Positions 19,711 through 29,263 of a stretch of 52,130 nucleotides of DNA are shown piece by piece. How positions within the stretch are numbered: position 1 is the first letter of the stretch; every line of letters begins with the position of its first letter. The position numbers were made by a program, and so were the translations under genes. The DNA comes from Candidatus Curtissbacteria bacterium (GTDB taxonomy: Bacteria; Patescibacteriota; Microgenomatia; Curtissbacterales; GWA2-41-24): the NCBI GenBank assembly GCA_016187105.1, contig JACPKK010000001.1, positions 1-52,130 of the forward strand. The letters are read 5' to 3'. The notes under the pieces are model-generated. The model ran no database searches, was not told the DNA's origin, and saw only the letters and a program-made list of their open reading frames with translations.

Positions 19711-20390
19711 AAAGTTAGGGAGTCGATCATTTTCTGGTGGATTGCGTTGAATTTTTGTTCGTCTTTGGTTTTAGCGTAAGATAAAAGCTTTAACACTACT
19801 CCGTCTTTTAAAATTGCAAAAACGTGCTGGTATTCGGTTTTTGGCCCTTCGAGAGCTGAAAAATGGCGGTCTATCGTATACTCCACCCCCCTACTACCTC
19901 CAATTTCTAAATTTTTGATTTTGGTTACTACCGATTTAACATCCAAAGGTTCCAGAATCTCTTTGCCTGCTTGCAGATTGTAAATTTTTTCAAATTCATT
20001 TTGGTCTACTTTTTCTTTGAGAGCCGAAAACTTAATGAGGATGGCACCGGGCGTCGCCTCTTTTACTTTTGGATCGGTGGTTTGGAAATTGGCGGCGTAG
20101 TCCCCATACTCGCGGACGAACCATTCACTCGGGTATTTGACGGAGAAACCGTAAGTTTTGTTCTCGTAAGTTTTCCACTCGGGCAGAACGTTTTCTACGT
20201 CCGATTTGGGTGATTGTACGTTGGAGAACCATTTTTGCAGCGAATCGCTGTTTAAAATAACAAGTACTAGGATGGCGAGGAGAATAAGCAGTATTAGCGG
20301 TTGGGCAAATCCCCCTTTCGATAGACGGTGCCATGCGATTCTTTCGAATCTAAGACTCAAGGTCTCGATGACTCGACTTTTGGCAGGCAT
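19707..20390 (-). CDS. Membrane-anchored PsbP-like-domain protein with a pilin-like (GF) leader
   Basis: KGGF followed by a hydrophobic helix; WKTYEN..YGFSVKYP..W. Confidence 0.6.
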   Translation of the reverse strand: MPAKSRVIETLSLRFERIAWHRLSKGGFAQPLILLILLAILVLVILNSDSLQKWFSNVQSPKSDVENVLPEWKTYENKTYGFSVKYPSEWFVREYGDYAANFQTTDPKVKEATPGAILIKFSALKEKVDQNEFEKIYNLQAGKEILEPLDVKSVVTKIKNLEIGGSRGVEYTIDRHFSALEGPKTEYQHVFAILKDGVVLKLLSYAKTKDEQKFNAIHQKMIDSLTF

Positions 20391-20411
20391 AACTTTATTT
20401 TAGCACAGGAA

Positions 20412-20663
20412 TTATCTATAGACATCTTTTCTGTGATCGATTGTCAAAATCCAAATAATCTTTTTTCCATAATCAAATTCATAGATTATTCTGTATCTTG
20501 AAACCCTTAATTTGTATTTACCTTTAAGCTCCCGACGCAGCGGGGCACCGGCCTTAGGATTCTGGGCAAGCCTTTTGAGTCCTTGGGCGATTGCTTTTTG
20601 ATACCGATGATCCAGCGATTTTAATTGTTTTTCGCCCTCATTTGTGAGGAGGACTTTGTACAT
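20412..20663 (-). CDS. RelE/ParE-family toxin
   Basis: Basic 83-aa protein; YKLRVSRYRIIY and IDHRKDVYR. Confidence 0.88.
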   Translation of the reverse strand: MYKVLLTNEGEKQLKSLDHRYQKAIAQGLKRLAQNPKAGAPLRRELKGKYKLRVSRYRIIYEFDYGKKIIWILTIDHRKDVYR

Positions 20664-20935
20664 TAGGAGAGCTTGAGATCTTTCAGGACATCTTCAAGCG
20701 GTTTGACTTTACCTGCTTTAATATCTTTTTCCCCGCGGCGGATAGAGGCCATAGTGACAGGGTTGGAAAGAATTTCCAAAGTATCAATCAGGGCATCATA
20801 TTCTTCCTTACTCATGAGAACCGCCTCCGGTTTACCGTTGCGGGTGATTGTAAAGCGAGAAAACATTTTGCTTGCATCATCAATGAGCTCGGCAAACTTA
20901 TTTCTTGCTTCGGTTAAAGGAAGAACAGTATTCAT
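20663..20935 (-). CDS. Phd/YefM-family antitoxin
   Basis: EARNKFAELID, ITRNGKPEAVLMS and DTLEILS. The real start is ATG 20935, just after a promoter. Confidence 0.9.
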   Translation of the reverse strand: MNTVLPLTEARNKFAELIDDASKMFSRFTITRNGKPEAVLMSKEEYDALIDTLEILSNPVTMASIRRGEKDIKAGKVKPLEDVLKDLKLS

Positions 20936-20944
20936 AATGATTAA

Positions 20945-20973
20945 ATTGTACAGAATTCTGGCTTTTATGTCAA
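20945..20973 (-). promoter_or_regulatory. Promoter of the toxin-antitoxin operon
   Basis: TTGACA-17-TACAAT, 9 nt before the ATG. Confidence 0.75.
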
Positions 20974-21045
20974 ATGGGAGGCTATGGTAAATCCCCTTTT
21001 CATAATTTAAGTTTAGCACAGAAATTATGGCGTGTAGCGGAAGGG

Positions 21046-21699
21046 TCAAAATTGTTTTAAGGCTTCTAAATGAAAATCATTGAGCGAGGTAATGACCATG
21101 TCGGCAATTAAAAGCCTTTTATCGTCTTTCATTTTTATGTCCGGAACTGCAACACATTTCATCCTTGCCGCTTTTGCAGCCAAGACACCATTTGGCGAAT
21201 CTTCAAATGCAAGACAATTCTGGGGAGGGATGCCGAGTTTTACAGCAGTCGTGATATAGACACCCGGATGCGGTTTCCCGTATGTTTCATGTTCGGCAGA
21301 GTGTATAACCTTAAAATAATCTTTTATACCGAGCTTATCTAATACAGCGTTTATTATTTCTGTTTGAGAGGATGATGCAATTGCCATTGGCAAGCCTGCT
21401 TTTTTAAATGTTTTGACGATTGCTTCTACTCCATCTTTGGCTATGCCTTTCTCATTTACCAGCTCAATTACTTTTTCTACGATTGTTGCTTCAACTTCTT
21501 TTTGGGTAGGTGTTTTCCATGGATAGCGAGAAAACCAGTGTTGTACTACCTCGTCTACCCGCAAGCCCATGGTCTCTTTTGTCATTTCCTCTGTTAAGGG
21601 GACGCCAACCGCGCTGAAAGTAGCGAGTTCCGCTTCTTCCCAGAGAGGCTCGCTATCTATGAGAAGGCCATCCATATCAAAAATAATTGCTTTAATCAT
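21046..21699 (-). CDS. HAD-family sugar phosphatase (HxpB/YniC-like)
   Basis: FDMDGLLIDSE, ASSS, GKPHP and FEDS.NG. Confidence 0.88.
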   Translation of the reverse strand: MIKAIIFDMDGLLIDSEPLWEEAELATFSAVGVPLTEEMTKETMGLRVDEVVQHWFSRYPWKTPTQKEVEATIVEKVIELVNEKGIAKDGVEAIVKTFKKAGLPMAIASSSQTEIINAVLDKLGIKDYFKVIHSAEHETYGKPHPGVYITTAVKLGIPPQNCLAFEDSPNGVLAAKAARMKCVAVPDIKMKDDKRLLIADMVITSLNDFHLEALKQF

Positions 21700-22361
21700 T
21701 TGGAGTTAAGGATTAAATATTTGCCTTCACCGACTACTTCTACTTTACTGCCCACGATTTTTATGGCCATGTTGTCGTCAAGGGCATAAATTGGCTCTTT
21801 AATGTTTTTGGCAACTTGAGCAAAGTAAGCATTGTTTGCATTTGGGAAAAAGCGCGAATTCAAGTGCGGACGAACATAGAAATTTACCAGACCTAGACCT
21901 TCGTCGCTTCCGTAGCCAAACCATTTTTCGTAATAGATTTTTTTGTCTTTGTTGCCAAGTGCGATTGTCGGATTTGTTACCATACTTCCTGCGCTTATCC
22001 CTGCGTATACTCGGGTTTTAAGTAGTTTGGGTAGAAGATCAGCAAGCCCTGACTTCTTGAGCCAATACATAAGGTGAGGAGTGACGCCGCCGGAGAAGAA
22101 GAGAATATCTACCGCTTCGAGTCTTGGTAGCCACATTTCTTTTGGAAGCGCAGAAATATCTACAATGTCGATAGACTTAAGTTTGAGCTTTTTGATATTA
22201 GAAAGATCTTCGATAAGCCAGCTTTTATCTCCTTCTTCCACATTTGCGGCTGTTGGGATGAAGGCAAGAGAGGTTTTATTAAATGGTTTGCCGACAAGAT
22301 CGGCGAGGGCTTTTTTAATGGTTTTATTGGTGATTCCGCCGGAAGTTAAAAGTAGTTTCAC
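21696..22361 (-). CDS. Peptidase S51 (dipeptidase E) family protein
   Basis: FIPTA, FSGG, GISAG nucleophile elbow and RPH. Confidence 0.85.
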   Translation of the reverse strand: MKLLLTSGGITNKTIKKALADLVGKPFNKTSLAFIPTAANVEEGDKSWLIEDLSNIKKLKLKSIDIVDISALPKEMWLPRLEAVDILFFSGGVTPHLMYWLKKSGLADLLPKLLKTRVYAGISAGSMVTNPTIALGNKDKKIYYEKWFGYGSDEGLGLVNFYVRPHLNSRFFPNANNAYFAQVAKNIKEPIYALDDNMAIKIVGSKVEVVGEGKYLILNSK

Positions 22362-22377
22362 AAGGGAAATTGTAGCA

Positions 22378-22485
22378 GATTCTGGATATACAGAGCCATG
22401 CGGCCCGAACGGGTCTAAAGCCAGAATGACAAAGAGGAAACCCTTCGACTATGCCAAGTCTTACTTGGCTTTGCTCAGGGTGAAC
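22378..22485 (+). repeat. Two adjacent REP-like elements, each with an internal insert
   Basis: gattctgga...agccagaatgac followed by cccttcgact...gctcagggtgaac, which contains a gccaagt/acttggc hairpin. Confidence 0.75.
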
Positions 22486-22491
22486 TAAAGT

Positions 22492-25362
22492 TCAGCTACA
22501 TTTGCTCCAGCCGCAGATGACGTTTACGCATTTTTTGCAGCCTTCGGCGTAGATTAGGGGACTGCCGCAATCGGGGCAAGATGTAAATTTGGCTTCCAGC
22601 ATTTTTTCTTCTTCGTGGATGGAGGTAATAATTAAGCCGCTTGGGTCTTGCTTGTCAACGACTGCGGGAACTTGTGTGGAAATTAAGCTGTTTAAAGTCA
22701 TCTGGGCGGTTTTACCGTTGCCTGTGTGACCATTAGTGTAGCCATTGCCCTGCCTGCCGGCAGACAGGCTATAGCCGTTGGTGTGGCCATTTGTCTCTAA
22801 ATTGACTGACGTTTGGCCATTATCGGGGGACACTGGCTCCTCGCTAATTGGCAGCTGCAGCTGTTTGGCCTTGGCGATTTCCAGGAGTGATTTACCAACA
22901 GCATCAAATGCGCTAAGGACGCTGTCCGGGCCGAGGCCATAAGGGGTTCCGCAAGAAATACCAACCAAGTCGGAAGCCACTTCTTCAAGCGTCGCGCCGT
23001 ATTTAAGGGCGCGGGAGATTAGCCTGCCGGTGACTTCGGCAGATGCGGAGATATAACCGCCGGGTTTGCCGATATTGATAAACACTTCCACCGGAACACC
23101 ATCAACATCCCGATAAACCGCCGTGTAGACCCAGCCGACGTCGGCCCTTTTTCTGACGCGCATACCCCACGCCTCGTGCGGAGTGCGGCGTTTTCCGGGA
23201 AGCTGTGGTCCGCCCGGCGGCGAGACAGACAGTCCGCTAGCTGATTCGTCCAGGCGTTTGGCGGCCAGCCCCGCACCTTGCGGGGCAAGCTGATCGTAGT
23301 ACGATTTGTCTTTTTTAACTTCCAGGACTTGTTTGACGCGGGAACCGTCGCGGTAAATGGTAATCATGTGGCCGCCTAACTCGTAAGTTAACCAGTAAGC
23401 CTCGCGGACGTCTTCAACCGTGGCTTCACTGGGGAAGTTAATGGTTTTCGAGATGCCGTTGTCGGTAAACTTTTGGAAGGCTGCTTCCATGCGCACGTGG
23501 TCGGCAGGGGCAATATCACCGGCCACGACAAAGACTTTTTTGAGCTCGGGGGGGCAAGCGGCAAGATTCTGGATCGACCCTTTGTTTTCCCCGATCTGGG
23601 CAAGAAGCTCTTCGGAATATAATTCCTGATCTTCAAGGGCCTTTGTGAAATAGGGATTGGTATTAAAAAGCCTTTTACCTTCAATGGTGTTTTTGGCAAA
23701 GGTAAGGGCAAAATGCGGCTCGATGCCGCTGGAACAATCGGCAAGAAGCGAGATCGTGCCGGTTGGGGCAATGGTGGTGCGGGCACCGTTTCTGGGGCGG
23801 ATGCCGACTTTCCCACCTTCGCCCTTTCGACTTAGCTCAAGGCTTCGGCGGGCAGGTTTGTCGTAAATTGAGCCTTTGAATGCCGGGAAGACGCCGCGGA
23901 TTTTGGCGAGGCCCTCGCTGGCACTATCCGCCTCTTCCTGCACAAACTTCATGACTTTTTCGGCTAAATCAAAGCCTTCCTTCGTGTTATAGCCGATTCC
24001 CAGCTTGACGAGCATGTCGGCCCAACCCATAACCCCAAGGCCGACGCGGCGGATTTTGGCAGTCATCTCGTCGATTTGGTAAACCGGATACTCGTTCATA
24101 TCCAGAACGTTATCCAGAAAATGAATGGCGCAATGGATTGTTTTTTTCATCGCCTGCCAATCGATTGCTTCTTCGACCCTTCGACTTTCAGCCGCGGGGT
24201 AAACAAACTTGGAAAGATTGATTGAACCTAAGGTGCAGGCGTCATACGGGTGCAGGGGCTGTTCGGCGCAAGGGTTGGTGGCCTCGATTGGCCCAAATTT
24301 AGGGACGGGATTGGCGCGGGATTTGTTGACCCGATCAATTAAGATCAGACCCGGATCGCCGTATTGCCAGGCGAGCTTGGTGATTAAATCAAAAACTCTT
24401 TTGGCATTAAGTTTGTCCATGGTCTTGCCGGTCCTGGGATTAATGAGGTCGTAACCTTCACCTTCTTCTTTGGCCCGGCAAAGTTCGTAAAGCCTGGCCA
24501 CCCCTTCGTCGACCCGGACGTTTTTGAGATCGAGGTCGCGAATAGCATAGGCTTCTTTGATTTCTGCGACAATCGGGTCAAAATCCACCTCTAGTTGAGC
24601 ATACTGGGCATCTTTGTGAACCTGCTCCATAAACCCTTCGGTAACGGTAACGGAAATATTAAAGTTTGTCAGCGAAAATTCATCGATTTTGTGGACGGCA
24701 AAACGCAGGACATCAGGATGGTTATAATGGAGAATTCCCATGTTGGCACCACGCCTGACACCGCCCTGGCGGATTTGACTGCAGACGTCGTTATAGGCCT
24801 GCATAAAGGCTACAGGGCCGGTAGATTTGCCTTTGGAAGTGCCGATCATATCATCTTTGGGGCGAAGGTGGGAGAAAGAAAAACCGGTACCGCCAGCCAT
24901 TTTGTGGATCATGGCCATGTCGGACATGGTTTTTAGGATAGAACGCATATCGTCTTCGACCGGCAGAACGAAGCAGGCCGAAAGCGATTGGCCGATTTTG
25001 CCGGAGTTGACGAGAGTGGGCGTATTAGGAATAAAGCTTTGGGTAGCCATGAGTTCATAAAACTCGCGGGCGGCTACCTGGTGAACTTTTTTTGCGCGAC
25101 TTGACTCGCGGCGAGGCAGGTAGATGGTATCGGCGGCGGCAATATAATAAGCAACGCGCCAGAAGAGATCCTTGGGAGTTTCTATGGGATTACCCTTATC
25201 ATCCCGGAAAGCATACCGCGTTTTGGCAATATAGGCGGCATTTTCGGAAAGAGCAGGCTCAAACAAATCCTTGGGGGCTTGGGGGATTTTGCGGCCGAGC
25301 TTGCGAGCCGCTTCCCGTTCATGCTGTCTTAAATCGACTTTAATTTGGTTCAACTTTTTCAT
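22492..25362 (-). CDS. nrdJ: Class II adenosylcobalamin-dependent ribonucleotide reductase with C-terminal TSCPD/zinc-ribbon region
   Basis: PNTPTL.N, SACFVL, GGTG, QGGVRRGANM, TNPCAEQPL, TIAPTGTIS, ISKTIN and C-terminal CPDC...C..C...CGWSKC. Confidence 0.95.
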   Translation of the reverse strand: MKKLNQIKVDLRQHEREAARKLGRKIPQAPKDLFEPALSENAAYIAKTRYAFRDDKGNPIETPKDLFWRVAYYIAAADTIYLPRRESSRAKKVHQVAAREFYELMATQSFIPNTPTLVNSGKIGQSLSACFVLPVEDDMRSILKTMSDMAMIHKMAGGTGFSFSHLRPKDDMIGTSKGKSTGPVAFMQAYNDVCSQIRQGGVRRGANMGILHYNHPDVLRFAVHKIDEFSLTNFNISVTVTEGFMEQVHKDAQYAQLEVDFDPIVAEIKEAYAIRDLDLKNVRVDEGVARLYELCRAKEEGEGYDLINPRTGKTMDKLNAKRVFDLITKLAWQYGDPGLILIDRVNKSRANPVPKFGPIEATNPCAEQPLHPYDACTLGSINLSKFVYPAAESRRVEEAIDWQAMKKTIHCAIHFLDNVLDMNEYPVYQIDEMTAKIRRVGLGVMGWADMLVKLGIGYNTKEGFDLAEKVMKFVQEEADSASEGLAKIRGVFPAFKGSIYDKPARRSLELSRKGEGGKVGIRPRNGARTTIAPTGTISLLADCSSGIEPHFALTFAKNTIEGKRLFNTNPYFTKALEDQELYSEELLAQIGENKGSIQNLAACPPELKKVFVVAGDIAPADHVRMEAAFQKFTDNGISKTINFPSEATVEDVREAYWLTYELGGHMITIYRDGSRVKQVLEVKKDKSYYDQLAPQGAGLAAKRLDESASGLSVSPPGGPQLPGKRRTPHEAWGMRVRKRADVGWVYTAVYRDVDGVPVEVFINIGKPGGYISASAEVTGRLISRALKYGATLEEVASDLVGISCGTPYGLGPDSVLSAFDAVGKSLLEIAKAKQLQLPISEEPVSPDNGQTSVNLETNGHTNGYSLSAGRQGNGYTNGHTGNGKTAQMTLNSLISTQVPAVVDKQDPSGLIITSIHEEEKMLEAKFTSCPDCGSPLIYAEGCKKCVNVICGWSKCS

Positions 25363-25840
25363 GCTTTAGGCCCTGTCTGCCGGCAGGCAGGCTCTTTGAT
25401 AATTTTGCCAGTTCTTTTTCAAAATCCGAAAGGTCGGCAAATTGTCTATAAACAGACGCGAACCTGATGTAGGCAACTTCGTCCAGCTTTTTCAGTTTAC
25501 GGATTACGAGTTCGCCGATCCTTTTTGACAAAACTTCGTCTTTGCCGTCTTTTCTTAAATCCCCTTCTACCTCATCGATAATCTTTTCAATATCGTCGGC
25601 CGAAACCGGCCGCTTCTCGCACGATTTGATAATACCGCTTCGCAATTTGCTTCTATCAAAAATTTCCCTCTTGCCGTCCTTTTTAATAACTAAAAGATCA
25701 AGCGTTTCAACCCTCTCGAAGGTTGTAAACCGGCGGCTACATTTTTGGCACTGGCGCCTGCGCCTAGTTGTTTTACCGTCGGTGCCTTCTCTTTTATCGA
25801 TAACCGCAGTCTTATCGAAGCTACAAAACGGACAAATCAC
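25340..25840 (-). CDS. nrdR: Ribonucleotide reductase repressor NrdR
   Basis: CPFC, RRRRQC..C..RFTTFE, ATP-cone and AYIRFASVYRQF. Confidence 0.96.
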   Translation of the reverse strand: MICPFCSFDKTAVIDKREGTDGKTTRRRRQCQKCSRRFTTFERVETLDLLVIKKDGKREIFDRSKLRSGIIKSCEKRPVSADDIEKIIDEVEGDLRKDGKDEVLSKRIGELVIRKLKKLDEVAYIRFASVYRQFADLSDFEKELAKLSKSLPAGRQGLKHEKVEPN

Positions 25841-25950
25841 GTAAGCTTCCTCTTACACATTAATTTATACTGCCCTTTTTATGAAAACGTGGCGTTTGGC
25901 AAGCAGACTTGTTTTACCGAACCTGACTCGGTTTCACGAATTTGCCAAAA

Positions 25951-26005
25951 GCACAATATATTGTGGTCTAATTTCAGCTTAGACACTAGATCTAGTTCTT
26001 GTCAA
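25951..26005 (-). promoter_or_regulatory. Tandem NrdR boxes overlapping the nrdR-nrdJ promoter
   Basis: gcacaatatattgtgg (25951-25966) and acactagatctagttc (25983-25998), 32 nt apart; TTGACA at 26000-26005 on the minus strand. Confidence 0.85.
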
Positions 26006-26090
26006 GAGGGCAAAGTTTACTCCAAACCGGTAAAGGCTGGATGATTATAACCCAAAGAAAACCCGAAAGTCAATATCCAAAAAGGCAGAT

Positions 26091-26393
26091 TTAATTAACA
26101 AAACCTAGAAGATCTTTAGATTCGTCGGACATCTTGTTTGGGCTCCAGGGTGGGTCAAAAGTAAGTTCGACGGAGACGTCGGAGACGCCTTTTAGGGATT
26201 TGAGCTTGCCGGTAATGTCTTGAACAAAATAGGAATCCAGTGGGCAACCGGGGGTAGTAAGGGTCATAAGGACATTAATTTTAGAACCTTCAATGTTTAC
26301 TCCGTAGACAAGGCCTAAATCGATAATATTGACTCCAAGCTCCGGATCGAGGCAGTGTTTTAGCTTTTCGATAATCTCTTCCTGTGAAACCAT
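26091..26393 (-). CDS. DUF59/SufT-like Fe-S cluster assembly factor
   Basis: DPELGVNIIDLGLVY, MTLTTPGCP and FDPPW. Confidence 0.9.
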   Translation of the reverse strand: MVSQEEIIEKLKHCLDPELGVNIIDLGLVYGVNIEGSKINVLMTLTTPGCPLDSYFVQDITGKLKSLKGVSDVSVELTFDPPWSPNKMSDESKDLLGFVN

Positions 26394-26495
26394 GTGACAA
26401 GCTAACTATAGCAGTCGCATGTACAAAGAGTCAATTTGACTTAGGTGTTCTATTTGACTAACCTGAAGTTAGATAGTCTAAAAGGAGGTGATTTT

Positions 26496-26900
26496 GTGAC
26501 AAACGAAAAACTGATTAGTTTCTTTGGCTTCTGGCTTGCCAATGCTTTAGCAGTTTTGGCGGCGGCCTTGGTCTTCAAGGGCAATATTGTGCTGGGGACT
26601 GACAAGGTTTCGATGCCGATGGCGGCAGTTATTGCCGGGTTTACCGTAACGGTACTAACGACACTGGTTGCACCGGCCGTAGACAGAACCGGCTATAAGG
26701 TAAAAGACAAAAGGCTTTGGGTTGTTATCTACCTCTTGGCCAATTTGTTAATTCTTTGGATCATAAAAAGATTTGCGCTTGTGTTGGGGCTGGGGATCTC
26801 GGGCATTATTTATGTGGTAATTTTAGGTGTTATCCTAACCGCAGTGCAGTGGGGCGTGGTAGCGGCGACGGGATCGATGATTAAGGCGAAAAAAGGGTAA
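26496..26900 (+). CDS. Hypothetical 4-TM membrane protein
   Basis: SD AAAGGAGGTGA before GTG 26496; four hydrophobic segments. Confidence 0.7.
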   Translation: MTNEKLISFFGFWLANALAVLAAALVFKGNIVLGTDKVSMPMAAVIAGFTVTVLTTLVAPAVDRTGYKVKDKRLWVVIYLLANLLILWIIKRFALVLGLGISGIIYVVILGVILTAVQWGVVAATGSMIKAKKG

Positions 26901-26911
26901 GTAGAGACCAA

Positions 26912-27979
26912 TTACTTGATAAGGGGCGCTACCTTTTCGAAAAGCTTTTCGGCGGCAAGCTGGTGGACGTATTCATTGGGGTGAAAATCAAATTTACTGG
27001 CGATTAAATCCCGGCTCTTTTGATTTTTTAGATCATCAAGTAAATCAATAACTTCTGCCCCCCCGCTTTTAAAAACCTCGGCCATCAGCTGGTGAGCGCC
27101 GGCGGCTGGATAGTCAGGCAATAGATTGACAAAGGGAAAGATAATAACTACAACTTTTTCCCTATCGCTTTTTAGATCGTTTAAAAATGCGGTTATTATT
27201 TTTTCATGCCTTTGGAGAGTTTGCTCTTCCTGATATCTATCCAAATCCGCAGTCCCTAACTGCTGGAATGTTTTCTCGTATCTTGCCGAAAGTTTCCAAT
27301 AAAGATAATCAAAAAAGTATGAATAATTGGAGAAAAAGCTTATAACTTTTGCGGTCTGGCTGGCGCGAGCAATTATGGGGGCGCCAGTTGTGGTGTCTTC
27401 CGGCTGAATGTCGTTTAAAAAATACTCCCAGACAATAATGTCGCACTTGAGGAATTCTGTCTCTTTATAAACTCTGATTTCTGCCTCGGTATCGTAACCG
27501 GACCTGCCAAGATTATAAACTTCGACACTACGACCTGAATCGCGAAGTTTCTTCTGGAGAAGATTTGAGAACCTATCTTCAACTCTTTTTATACCGCCGC
27601 CAAAGGTTATAGAGTCGCCGAGCGCGCAAATTCTGGCAGTACCATCTTTTTTATTCTCAAAATTCCTATCTCTCATGAAATCGCTGTTGAAGACAACGTG
27701 CCTTGCATGCCACCTTTGGTTAACTTTCAAAAACCCCAAGCCGTCCGACTCATCGTATTGATAACGAAAATAAGCTTCAAAGGCGCAAAGGGCCAGAATC
27801 AAAGAAAAAACTGTAAACAATAAGGAAATAAGCAGTTTTTTCCGATTTTGAGAAAGCCCAGATTTATAAATTTTATAAGAACTAAACGGCAAGACGATCA
27901 AGGAAAGGATGATGAGAAGCAGGTAAAAAGCAAAGTCCGTTAAAAAGTATGAGAGACGGGCCCAAGCGGTAAAAAGCAT
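26912..27979 (-). CDS. Membrane-anchored SGNH/GDSL hydrolase
   Basis: LGDSITFG, NLGRSGY, FLND and DFHPN. Confidence 0.85.
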   Translation of the reverse strand: MLFTAWARLSYFLTDFAFYLLLIILSLIVLPFSSYKIYKSGLSQNRKKLLISLLFTVFSLILALCAFEAYFRYQYDESDGLGFLKVNQRWHARHVVFNSDFMRDRNFENKKDGTARICALGDSITFGGGIKRVEDRFSNLLQKKLRDSGRSVEVYNLGRSGYDTEAEIRVYKETEFLKCDIIVWEYFLNDIQPEDTTTGAPIIARASQTAKVISFFSNYSYFFDYLYWKLSARYEKTFQQLGTADLDRYQEEQTLQRHEKIITAFLNDLKSDREKVVVIIFPFVNLLPDYPAAGAHQLMAEVFKSGGAEVIDLLDDLKNQKSRDLIASKFDFHPNEYVHQLAAEKLFEKVAPLIK

Positions 27980-28143
27980 TGTCTTATTCTTAGAAAGCTT
28001 TAGCTTTCGCAGAACGGCTTAGGCTATTCTATTTTTTAACTGGGGGTTTGGCAAGAGATAAGACCTTGAGTTTAAAATTTGCTCGAGATGAAATATTTTA
28101 CTCATTTGAAGCTAAATTATTGTTGTCGGTATATAATTGCTTT

Positions 28144-28758
28144 ATGGAAATTTCTAAAAGTGAGTTAAGAAAAAGCTTAATTGCAAAAAGATCTGGTCTT
28201 TCCACAAAAAGTGTTGAAGAAAAAAGTAGACAGATTGCAAAAAAGATGATGGAAAGCGATCTTTTTTTAAAAACAAAAATTGTTTCGGCATATTTACCAA
28301 TCCGCGGCGAGGTCAGCACAAAACCAATTATTAATTTTTTAATAGAGGCAGGTGTCGAGGTCTATCTGCCAAAATCTTTTGGCGAGGAATATAAGCTGGT
28401 GAGGTTTAAATCGTGGAATGATCTGGAAAAAGGACCTTATGGAATTTTAGAACCTCTTTCTCCTAGTCATCCTGAATTTAGTTCAGGATCTAAAAAGATG
28501 CTGAAACAAGTTCAGCATGACAAAGTGGATATAGATTTAGCATTTATTCCTGGCGTGGCTTTTGATAAAAATGGCGTAAGACTTGGATACGGCAAAGGAG
28601 TTTTTGACAGGCTTTTTGCAAAAAGCGAAGCGACTTTGGTGGGGCTGGCTTATGAATTTCAGATTGTTGACGAGCTTCCCCGAGAAGAACATGATTTGGT
28701 AATGGATTATGTTGTAACCCCATCCTCTGTCATCCTGAGCGGAGCGAAGGATCTATAA
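28144..28758 (+). CDS. 5-formyltetrahydrofolate cyclo-ligase, with an in-frame repeat insertion
   Basis: KSELRK, GEV, YGILEP, PGVAFD..GVRLGYGKG.FDR and EEHD..MD. The start was moved to ATG 28144. Confidence 0.92.
   Translation: MEISKSELRKSLIAKRSGLSTKSVEEKSRQIAKKMMESDLFLKTKIVSAYLPIRGEVSTKPIINFLIEAGVEVYLPKSFGEEYKLVRFKSWNDLEKGPYGILEPLSPSHPEFSSGSKKMLKQVQHDKVDIDLAFIPGVAFDKNGVRLGYGKGVFDRLFAKSEATLVGLAYEFQIVDELPREEHDLVMDYVVTPSSVILSGAKDL
28466..28521. repeat. Inverted REP doublet inside the cyclo-ligase gene
   Basis: gtcatcctgaatttagttcaggatct...agatgctgaaacaagttcagcatgac, encoding SHPEFSSGSKKMLKQVQHD. Confidence 0.85.
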
Positions 28759-28835
28759 CCTGATTCTGGGCGAGCCCTTCGATTACACTCTGGGCAGTTG
28801 AAGGGCAGTGAGTTATATCGAACTGCCAGAATGAC
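28728..28835 (+). repeat. REP half (tgtcatcctgagcggagcgaaggatct) plus copy 2 of the 74-bp element
   Basis: Direct comparison with 5436-5509; the first half supplies the C-terminus VILSGAKDL. Confidence 0.9.
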
Positions 28836-28876
28836 AGTTTAATCGAGGAGTTTGTCAATTTTAGCAGCCACGATAG

Positions 28877-29236
28877 TTACTTCGCTTCGCTCCGTTCCTG
28901 TTCTTGCTGCAATTTATTTATTTTCGCAGCAAGAATGAAATCATTTGTCGAGAGGCCGCCGATGGCGTGGGTAGAAAGTTCGACCTTTACCCTACCCCAA
29001 CCTAATTTGATATCCGGATGATGACCTTCTTCTTCGGCGATCTCCCCTATTTTATTAACAAATGCCAGCGCTTCTTTAAAATCTTTAAATTTAAACTCGC
29101 GGCTAATTGTGTCTGCCCCGTTTTGATTTACGACCTTCCAATCTTTGACCTCTTCAAGATAAGGCTCGATCTCACCTGTGGCCATTGGCTTGGTGCCGCC
29201 TTCGCAGGGAACACATTTTTGATGAGCGAGATTCAT
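28877..29236 (-). CDS. Pterin-4-alpha-carbinolamine dehydratase
   Basis: CVPCEGG, F.FKDF, AEEEGHHPD, THAIGGLS.NDFILAAKI. Confidence 0.92.
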   Translation of the reverse strand: MNLAHQKCVPCEGGTKPMATGEIEPYLEEVKDWKVVNQNGADTISREFKFKDFKEALAFVNKIGEIAEEEGHHPDIKLGWGRVKVELSTHAIGGLSTNDFILAAKINKLQQEQERSEAK

Positions 29237-29263
29237 ATTGAAATTATATCAGACAAGGGGTGC

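Noticed and set aside
20412..20973. Toxin-antitoxin pair as the marker of a prophage or island
   Set aside because: No integrase, att pair or phage genes nearby; the flanks are ordinary metabolic genes.
22492..25362. Intein or intron in nrdJ
   Set aside because: The frame is continuous with no splicing or homing-endonuclease motifs; the extra sequence is short repeats and a low-complexity linker.
25841..26090. Cobalamin riboswitch upstream of nrdJ
   Set aside because: No recognisable B12-box or GGGAA core, and the space is limited.
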